Assembly (NCBI GenBank): GCA_965222885.1
Contig: OZ244973.1
Span: 3,141,664 to 3,205,663, forward strand
Direction: 5' to 3'
DNA length: 64,000 nt
Origin: Terriglobia bacterium
GTDB lineage: Bacteria; Acidobacteriota; Terriglobia; UBA7540; JAPUME01
In this document: piece by piece, positions 57,755-64,000 of the stretch
Position numbering within the stretch: the stretch's first letter is position 1
Layout: the number at the start of each line of letters is the position of its first letter
The notes under the pieces: model-generated
What the model was told of the DNA's origin: nothing
Databases searched by the model: none
The model's input: only the letters and a program-made list of their open reading frames with translations
Position numbers and translations under genes: made by a program

Positions 57755-60544
57755 ATGAAAACAGCCACCCCCCAGATCAGAGCCGGTGTCGCCGAGGAAC
57801 AAATGCTTGCGATTGTCCGGGAATTGCTGACGGAACTCGGCTCCCGGAAAGTCGCCGAGGCCGTCTCCCTTAACTCCTCCTTCGATCGGGACCTGGGTCT
57901 GGGAAGCCTGGAACGGGTGGAACTGCTGGTGCGGTGCGAGGCCCGGTTCAACACCCGACTGCGTGACGGCATTGCGCAACAGTCGGAAACCCCGGCTGAT
58001 TGGGTGCGCGCGATGCTCGAAGGGGAGAAGGCGACGGGTCCGAAGTCGGGTTACCGTATCGTTCAGCCCGACCAACTTCCCCCTCCCCCTCCACGATCGG
58101 TCACGACAATCGCCGAGGTGCTTCGCCGCCACACGGAGCTTGTCCCCGCCCGCGTGCATATCCATCTACTCGAAGAGGTCGGGGGCCAGGACATTACCTA
58201 CGGTCAATTGCTCGAAACCGCTCTGGGCGTAGCGGCAGGGCTGGCCGCCTCGGGCCTCCGGCGCGATGAAACGGTGGCCATTATGCTGCCCACCTGCTCC
58301 GACTTCTTTTACGCCTTTTTTGGAGTGATGTTGGCCGGCGGCATCGCCGTCCCCATCTATCCCCCGGCGCGTCCAGACAAAGTGGAAGAGTATGTGAAAC
58401 GCCAGATAGCCATTCTTCGCAATGCCGAAGTTCGTTTCCTCATCAGCTTCAAGCAAGCAAACCCTGTCTCAAAAATCATGCGTCTCGGCCTTCCCAGCCT
58501 GGTCGAGGTGACGACCGTCCAAAGTCTCAGGGAAAGGGGCGCCCATTCTCCGCTGCCCGCGGTCGTGCCCTCCGATACCGCTTTCATCCAGTACACTTCC
58601 GGTAGCACGGGCGACCCCAAGGGCGTGGTGCTCTCGCAGGCGAATATTCTGGCAAACGTCCGGGGCATCGGCTGGGCCGTAAAGGTGCATCCGCGGGATG
58701 TGGTGGTCAGTTGGTTGCCCCTTTATCACGATATGGGATTGATCGGCTCCTGGCTCTTCAGCGTGTTTTACGCTCTGCCGATCACGATCTTCTCGCCCTT
58801 GGCCTTTCTCAGCCGGCCCGAGCGCTGGCTGTGGGCGCTCCATGATTCGGGTGGGACGCTCTGCCCCGCGCCTAATTTTTCCTATGAGCTGTGCGCCCGG
58901 AAGACCCCCGAATCGGCTCTGGAAGGGCTTGACTTAAGCGCCTGGCGGGTGGCGATCAATGCCGGAGAGGCAGTGCTGCCCGATACACTGTCCCGCTTCG
59001 AGCAACGTTTTCGCCCCTATGGGTTCCGTCCAGAAAGCTATGTGCCGTGCTACGGACTGGCGGAGTCTTCTGTCGCCTTGGTCTTTCCGTCCATGAACCG
59101 GAGACCTGTGATCGATACGATCCACCGTGGCCGATTTGAAAATGAGGGCGTGGCGGAACCAGCCGGGCCCGAGGAACCCGACCGGATGCGTTTCGTCGCC
59201 AACGGCAGTGCCCTTCCCGATCATGAAGTGCGCATCGTGGACGGCGAGGGCCGCGAGGCCGGCGAACGGACCCAGGGCCGCATCTTCTTCCGAGGACCCT
59301 CCATGACCTCCGGCTACTACCGGAACCCGGAGGCGACGGCGGCCGTTACCACCGAGGACGGATGGATGGACTCGGGCGACCTCGGCTATTGGGCTGACGG
59401 AGAGCTGTACATCACTGGCCGTGTTAAGGATTGCATTATCAAATCGGGACGCAACATCAGTCCCCTGGAAGTGGAAACCGTCACCGCCGAGGTTCCCGGT
59501 GTACGTCCCGGTTGCATCGCAGCCTTCGGCACGGTGGATGAAATCACCGGGACCGAGCGGCTTATCGTAGCCGCCGAGACGCGCTCGACCCTCCAGGAAG
59601 AACTCAGTCGCATCAGAGCCGAAATCGTTAAGCGCGTAGAGGCGACCTTGGGCATCCCGCCCGACAGGGTCTTGCTTCTCGAGCCCCATAGTATTCCGAA
59701 GACTTCCAGCGGGAAAATCCGCCGGAATGAGACCCGTGTCCTCTATGAAACGGAGCGTCTCTACTCCCGTAAAGCTGCGCCTTGGGTCCAAATCGTTCGT
59801 CTTTGGTGGCAGAACCTGCAGGCTTGGCGTGACTTGGTTCTCCGTCAAATACGAACGCAAGCCAGCGCCCTGTACAACCATGCAATCCTGAATTGGGGGG
59901 GGATTTCCTGCGGGTTGCTGGTTCGCGCAATGCCCGGCGGGAAACGAAAGGCGAAGGTTGTTCAGGGAGCTACACGATTTCTTTGCAGGATTCACGGGCG
60001 GGGAGTGACGGTTCAAGGCGACGAAACCTCCCTCGGTGGAACCGCCTCGGTCTTGGTTGCCAACCGGCAGTGTTCCCTGGACCCTTTCCTGCTGTCAGCG
60101 GTCTTCCGTTCCCCTACCAAGCTGGCCGATGGTAACGCACTGGCGGACCTTCCCTTCGCAGTGGCGTTCCTGCTGTCCCCTTTGGTAATTCCGCCGCTTG
60201 AAGAAGCCTTGGTACCTCCGGGTGGGACCCCACGGCAGAGGATTCGGGCCGCATTGGAAGAGGGTTTTTCCGTCATCTCTTTTCCCGATGGGCCGGTGGG
60301 CATGCCCGGACATCAGAGCCGGTTCCGCCTCGATGGGTTCCATGCGGCCCTGGAACTGTCTCTTCCGGTTTTTCCCATCGGAATTCGGGAGACGCAGAGC
60401 TTCCTTCGACCCGGGAATGTGTCCGAGAAACAGGAGAGTCCGAATATTTCCATAGGCGAACCCATCCGGGTTGAGCCGGGGAAAAGCGTAAGGCCGCAGG
60501 ATGTACGTGAAAAGGTGAGAGAAGCCCTAAGGAACTTGTGTTGA
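57755..60544 (+). CDS. Tri-domain protein: acyl carrier domain - fatty acyl-AMP ligase (FAAL) - lysophospholipid acyltransferase-like domain
   Basis: ACP: 'FDRDLGLGSLERVELL'. FAAL: 'FIQYTSGSTGDPKGVVLSQANI', 'WLPLYHDMGLIGS', 'FLSRPERWL', 'GDLGYWADGELYITGRVKDCII' and 'KTSSGKIRR'. Acyltransferase-like: 'VLVANRQCSLDPFLL' (the H of HX4D is read as R) and 'SFPDGP'. Confidence 0.85.
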   Translation: MKTATPQIRAGVAEEQMLAIVRELLTELGSRKVAEAVSLNSSFDRDLGLGSLERVELLVRCEARFNTRLRDGIAQQSETPADWVRAMLEGEKATGPKSGYRIVQPDQLPPPPPRSVTTIAEVLRRHTELVPARVHIHLLEEVGGQDITYGQLLETALGVAAGLAASGLRRDETVAIMLPTCSDFFYAFFGVMLAGGIAVPIYPPARPDKVEEYVKRQIAILRNAEVRFLISFKQANPVSKIMRLGLPSLVEVTTVQSLRERGAHSPLPAVVPSDTAFIQYTSGSTGDPKGVVLSQANILANVRGIGWAVKVHPRDVVVSWLPLYHDMGLIGSWLFSVFYALPITIFSPLAFLSRPERWLWALHDSGGTLCPAPNFSYELCARKTPESALEGLDLSAWRVAINAGEAVLPDTLSRFEQRFRPYGFRPESYVPCYGLAESSVALVFPSMNRRPVIDTIHRGRFENEGVAEPAGPEEPDRMRFVANGSALPDHEVRIVDGEGREAGERTQGRIFFRGPSMTSGYYRNPEATAAVTTEDGWMDSGDLGYWADGELYITGRVKDCIIKSGRNISPLEVETVTAEVPGVRPGCIAAFGTVDEITGTERLIVAAETRSTLQEELSRIRAEIVKRVEATLGIPPDRVLLLEPHSIPKTSSGKIRRNETRVLYETERLYSRKAAPWVQIVRLWWQNLQAWRDLVLRQIRTQASALYNHAILNWGGISCGLLVRAMPGGKRKAKVVQGATRFLCRIHGRGVTVQGDETSLGGTASVLVANRQCSLDPFLLSAVFRSPTKLADGNALADLPFAVAFLLSPLVIPPLEEALVPPGGTPRQRIRAALEEGFSVISFPDGPVGMPGHQSRFRLDGFHAALELSLPVFPIGIRETQSFLRPGNVSEKQESPNISIGEPIRVEPGKSVRPQDVREKVREALRNLC

Positions 60545-60620
60545 AAATGCTGCCGGATTCCGGGTCCGGCTCCGGTGCCGTTTTCCATGGCACCCTTTTG
60601 TCGAGAAGAACAATCTTCCC

Positions 60621-61211
60621 ATGCTAGAAAACATCGCCGAATTCATTCCGAAGATCCCGCTATGCTTCCTGGTGGGCTCAATTCCCTTTGCCGTCGTGGC
60701 CATGGCCGGCTCGGGCATCGATATCCGAAAGGTAGGCTCCGGCAACCCGGGCTTCAACAATGTCCTGCGGGTCAGCAAGCCGCGGGCCGTGATCTGTCTG
60801 GTCGGGGATATGGGCAAGGCCTACTTGGCGGTATGGCTCTTCTATCCATCAGGAGACAACGTGGCTTTGGGATGGCTCTACGGGTTTGCGGTCGTTTTGG
60901 GGCATTGCTTTTCGCCTTTCTTGAAGTTCAAAGGCGGAAAAGGCATCGCCACCTCCAGCGGGGTGATGCTGGTTCTTTATCCCCAATGGGCCGCCCTCTC
61001 CCTGGCCGCTTTCTTCCTGATCCGCGTCACCGGGAGCCGGATGAAATGGAGAGAGGCCGGGGCACTTGCTTCCCTGGGCGCGTGGGTGGTCTTTGTGTTG
61101 TTCCTGTTGGTGTTCCTGGATAGGGCGGATGTCGCCTACGCAGCCCTCATGACGCTGTTTCTGGCGTGGCGACACAAGAAGAATTTCCAGAATCTGCTGA
61201 CTACGGCCTGA
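60621..61211 (+). CDS. plsY: PlsY-family acyl-phosphate:glycerol-3-phosphate acyltransferase (divergent motif)
   Basis: 196 aa with five hydrophobic segments. 'GSIPFAVV', 'GSGNPGFNNVLR' (canonical GSGN.GATNV) and 'FKGGKGIATS'. Confidence 0.75.
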   Translation: MLENIAEFIPKIPLCFLVGSIPFAVVAMAGSGIDIRKVGSGNPGFNNVLRVSKPRAVICLVGDMGKAYLAVWLFYPSGDNVALGWLYGFAVVLGHCFSPFLKFKGGKGIATSSGVMLVLYPQWAALSLAAFFLIRVTGSRMKWREAGALASLGAWVVFVLFLLVFLDRADVAYAALMTLFLAWRHKKNFQNLLTTA

Positions 61212-61244
61212 CGTACTCCCAGCATATTCGAAAGATGCCCACTC

Positions 61245-61976
61245 ATGGAAAGCGCACCGGTGCTGATGATGAAACCCCCTGTTCGGATGGCCTTCTACGA
61301 TTTCGACGGCACGCTCGCCTCCTCGAACGTCGTTACCCGCTACGCCTACTATGCCCGAAAGCTTCCTTCCCGGCTTCGAGCCGCGGCGAAATACACCCAG
61401 TTACTGGTTACGGTTCCGCTTTGGATCGGACTCAATCTCTATTCCCGCCGACTCTTCAATGAAATTTTCTACCGTCAATATCGCGGCCTGGAAAGGGATT
61501 GGCTGCGCAAGCTGGGCGAACCCTTGTTCGAAAAAGTCATTCGCCCGACGATCTTCCCCGGGGCGCGAGCCTTGCTCGAGGCTGACCGCGCCGCGGGCTT
61601 CCGCCTGGTAATGGTAAGCGGCGGGCTCGACTTCGCTCTGGAACCCGTGGTACGGTACTTCAGCTTCGACGATGTAATCTGTAATACTCTTGTCTATAAC
61701 CAGGGGGCAGCCACGGGGGAGATTTCCCCGCCCCTGATTGCCGAACAAGAGAAAGTAGCGGCGATCATCCGACTCTGTCGGGAGGCGAACGCCGAGGTCG
61801 GCGACTCGAAAGCCTATTCCGACAGCTCCTCAGACCTGCCGATGCTGGAAGCCATCGGGCACCCGGCGGCCGTCCATCCCGACCGGAGACTGAGGCTTAC
61901 GGCCCGCAAGCGCGGCTGGCCGGTTCTGGACCTGAAAAGAGGTGACCATGTCCACTGGAGCGAAATTGACCGGTGA
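61245..61976 (+). CDS. HAD-IB subfamily hydrolase (SerB-like phosphatase family)
   Basis: 'AFYDFDGTL' (DxDxT), 'LVMVSGGLDF', and 'KAYSDSSSDLPMLEAIGHPAAVHP' (the K...DS.sD motif of HAD-IB). Confidence 0.8.
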   Translation: MESAPVLMMKPPVRMAFYDFDGTLASSNVVTRYAYYARKLPSRLRAAAKYTQLLVTVPLWIGLNLYSRRLFNEIFYRQYRGLERDWLRKLGEPLFEKVIRPTIFPGARALLEADRAAGFRLVMVSGGLDFALEPVVRYFSFDDVICNTLVYNQGAATGEISPPLIAEQEKVAAIIRLCREANAEVGDSKAYSDSSSDLPMLEAIGHPAAVHPDRRLRLTARKRGWPVLDLKRGDHVHWSEIDR

Positions 61977-63639
61977 ACCCGTAACGCTTGATTACGAGTT
62001 TTCCGACCCCACTCCCAACGCCGTCGGCCGGCAGGCGCTGGTTTCCCACGACGGATGCGTGGTTTACCTGGAGCGGGACGCCGCTCCCCGGCTTCTGTGG
62101 TATGGCGAAGATCTGCTGAGCGTGAAGATGCCCGAACAGACCCGGGAGGTGTATCCGAATCCCACGATTCCCGGCCTGCGCGACCGGGACACAGCCATCC
62201 GCTACGCGATCAAACATCCGGAACAGATGGATCCGCTGGCCTCGTTGCTCCGGTCGGAAATGAAAATCACCCTCGTCATCGACGATATTTCGAAACCGCT
62301 GCCCATCATGCCCCGGCCCGACATCCGCGAGTCGGTCCTGACTCACGTACTGAAGCTGCTGGGTGAAAAGGGCATCGACGATATCCACATTATTATCGCC
62401 GCCGCGTTTCACCGGAAAATGGCGCCCTTTGAAATTCGGCATGCGGTAGGACCGCAAATTTTCCGGCAGTATTACCCGGACCGGCTCTACGACCATGACG
62501 CCGAGGCGCCAGATGGCATGGTGGAGCTGGGCGTCACCGAGCTGGGCGAGCGGGTGCGCATCAACCGGCGTGCGGCCGAATCGGACCTGATCATCTATGT
62601 CAGCATCAACTTGGTTCCCATGGGCGGCGGGCACAGTTCGCTGGCCGTGGGCCTGGGAGACTATGGAACCATTCAATCCCATCACAATCCGGAAACCATC
62701 CGGAAATGCGACTCCTATTTCGACAATAGGCGAACGGCGCTGGGCGATTCCACCGACCGCATCGGCCAAGTCATCAATCAGCATCTGAAAGTCTTCCATA
62801 TCGAGACGGTCATGAACAATGCGATGTTCCATCCGCTGTTACCCTTCTTTATGAAGAACGAGGACCGTTTTTCCATCCTGGACCGCGCTTCGTTTCGGAC
62901 CACCAAGTGGGCCCTAGGCAAACTTTCACGCCCGACAAAAAGAAAACTTCTGTTTTCCTTTCCGGCGGCCTACCAACCCATTTCCATCCAAGCCGGAGCC
63001 ACCGAGCCCACCCATGCAAAATCCCTGGCCTATTGCTATGCCCAGTATTGCGTGCCGGTCCAGGGGCAGTCGGACGTGGTCGTGTTCGGCATTCCTTTCA
63101 TCTCGCCTTATAACGTCAACTCCATCCTGAATCCCATACTGGTACAGGTGATGGCACTGGGATATTTCCATAATATGTATCGGCACATGCCGGTAGTGAA
63201 GAAAAACGGGGTCATGATCCTCACTCACCCGCTTTACGACGAGTTTGACCCTTTGCACCACCCCTCCTACATTGAGTTCTTCCACCGTGTGCTGCCCGAG
63301 TCGCGGGACGCATTGGAATTGCAACGGAAATACGAAGCTGAATTCGCGCACAACCCCGACTACATCCGAATGTATCGCACCGGGAACGCCTATCACGGTG
63401 TCCATCCGTTCTATATGTGGTACTGGGGAGAGAACGGTCGGGCACAGGTCGGAAAAGTCATTGTGGTCGGAGCCGAGGACCCCCGCGTGGCGCGAACACT
63501 GGGTTGGGAGTGCGCCGCCGGCATGGAAGAAGCCCTCGAAATGGCACAGTCTCATCTAGGGCGGCGTCCCAGCGTGACACTCATGCACATCCCTCCCATC
63601 AGCATGGCGGACATGCTCGGCACCCCGGAGAGTGTCTAG
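61942..63639 (+). CDS. DUF2088 / LarA-like (lactate-racemase N-terminal domain) protein
   Basis: 'KITLVIDDISKPLPIMPRPDIRESVLTHVLKLL' and 'IHIIIAAAFHRKM' resemble the LarA N-domain (..vaIvvsDiTRp.P....lp.ll..L / ..ATG.HR..). 565 aa, longer than LarA. It overlaps the HAD gene by 35 nt. Confidence 0.65.
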   Translation: MTMSTGAKLTGEPVTLDYEFSDPTPNAVGRQALVSHDGCVVYLERDAAPRLLWYGEDLLSVKMPEQTREVYPNPTIPGLRDRDTAIRYAIKHPEQMDPLASLLRSEMKITLVIDDISKPLPIMPRPDIRESVLTHVLKLLGEKGIDDIHIIIAAAFHRKMAPFEIRHAVGPQIFRQYYPDRLYDHDAEAPDGMVELGVTELGERVRINRRAAESDLIIYVSINLVPMGGGHSSLAVGLGDYGTIQSHHNPETIRKCDSYFDNRRTALGDSTDRIGQVINQHLKVFHIETVMNNAMFHPLLPFFMKNEDRFSILDRASFRTTKWALGKLSRPTKRKLLFSFPAAYQPISIQAGATEPTHAKSLAYCYAQYCVPVQGQSDVVVFGIPFISPYNVNSILNPILVQVMALGYFHNMYRHMPVVKKNGVMILTHPLYDEFDPLHHPSYIEFFHRVLPESRDALELQRKYEAEFAHNPDYIRMYRTGNAYHGVHPFYMWYWGENGRAQVGKVIVVGAEDPRVARTLGWECAAGMEEALEMAQSHLGRRPSVTLMHIPPISMADMLGTPESV

Positions 63640-63645
63640 CCTTTC

Positions 63646-64000
63646 ATGAAATCGATTCTGATCACCGGCGGCACGGGCTTTCTCGGTCAACATTTGATCC
63701 GTCGATTGCGCCGCGTTCAGGGCACCCACACTCTCCGGGTTCTCTCCCGCGGTGCCTCCCGGTGGGACCAGGACTCGGAAGTGGAAGTGGTCCAGGGCGA
63801 CGTGACCTCACCGGAGGATGTGCTGAGGGCTGCCGAAGGCGCCCAGGAAATCTATCACCTTGCCGGCATGGTAGCTCGTGAGCCGCAAGATGCTTGGCGG
63901 CTGTACCAGACTCACATCGAAGGTACGCGGAACATTTGCGAAGCTGCCCGGCGGTTCCAAGCGGAAAAAGTGGTGGTGGTCTCCTCCTCAGGGACGTTCG
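63646..64000 (+). CDS. NAD-dependent epimerase/dehydratase family SDR (5' part; runs off the window)
   Basis: Own translation from ATG 63646: MKSILITGGTGFLGQHLIRRLRRVQGTHTLRVLSRGAS...VVQGDVTSPEDVLRAAEGAQEIYHLAGMVAREPQDAWRLYQTHIEGTRNICEAARRFQAEKVVVVSSSGTF. It has the GxxGxxG Rossmann motif and is open to the window end. It is absent from the ORF table because no stop is reached. Confidence 0.75.
   Translation, partial: MKSILITGGTGFLGQHLIRRLRRVQGTHTLRVLSRGASRWDQDSEVEVVQGDVTSPEDVLRAAEGAQEIYHLAGMVAREPQDAWRLYQTHIEGTRNICEAARRFQAEKVVVVSSSGTF

Noticed and set aside
1-64000. Scan for CRISPR arrays, rRNA genes, and known defence or toxin-antitoxin modules.
   Set aside because: No regularly spaced direct repeats, no rRNA-like conserved blocks, and no Cas, restriction-modification, reverse-transcriptase or obvious toxin/antitoxin motifs were seen in any frame.

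Overview
This is a 64-kb chromosomal stretch from a moderately high-GC bacterium. No similarity search was run; all family calls come from reading motifs in the supplied translations and the DNA. The gene content suggests Acidobacteriota (inference): TonB-dependent receptors fused to carboxypeptidase-regulatory-like domains, PSCyt/DUF1553 + DUF1501 pairs, a TPR + CRTAC1/ASPIC-UnbV pair, and a 'GTAEAVP'-type hairpin repeat.

Genes in order:
- a frameshifted TonB-dependent receptor, then a TPR protein and an FG-GAP/ASPIC protein
- a DUF1501 gene next to a DUF1553 pseudogene that carries an intact IS481-family element plus a nonsense codon and a frameshift
- a lactonase-like beta-propeller, tRNA-Met with a decayed integrase, and an orphan DUF1501 gene
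- lexA, then a BNR/Asp-box propeller translationally coupled to a MoaD/ThiS-like protein ending in GG, then tRNA-Leu
- a catabolic-looking block: sulfatase, Tat-exported TIM-barrel isomerase, PhyH dioxygenase, Gfo/Idh/MocA oxidoreductase, a transposase remnant split by a hairpin repeat, an MFS transporter, and an intact TonB receptor
- tmRNA (tag ANTQFALAA), followed by about 1 kb with no convincing gene
- a 10-kb minus-strand array: acyl-CoA ligase, two alkaline-phosphatase-superfamily paralogs, an RHH-like mini-protein, a membrane protein, fused ATP sulfurylase/APS kinase, and a CysQ-like phosphatase
- gmhA and three nucleotide-sugar enzymes
- a thiD-tenA-tenA salvage operon
- a patch of gene fragments (IS630 remnant, arylsulfotransferase-like and sulfotransferase pieces)
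- an intact DUF1553 + DUF1501 pair
- a lipid-type cluster running off the window end: fatty acyl reductase, ACP-FAAL-acyltransferase fusion, PlsY-like, HAD-IB, LarA-like/DUF2088, SDR

Best candidates for undescribed biology:
1. the split ElbD-like lipid cluster at 56047-64000
2. the PAPS-synthesis/alkaline-phosphatase-paralog array at 33135-43005
3. the BNR-propeller + ubiquitin-like GG protein pair

No CRISPR arrays, rRNA genes or recognisable defence systems were seen. Start codons are approximate throughout.
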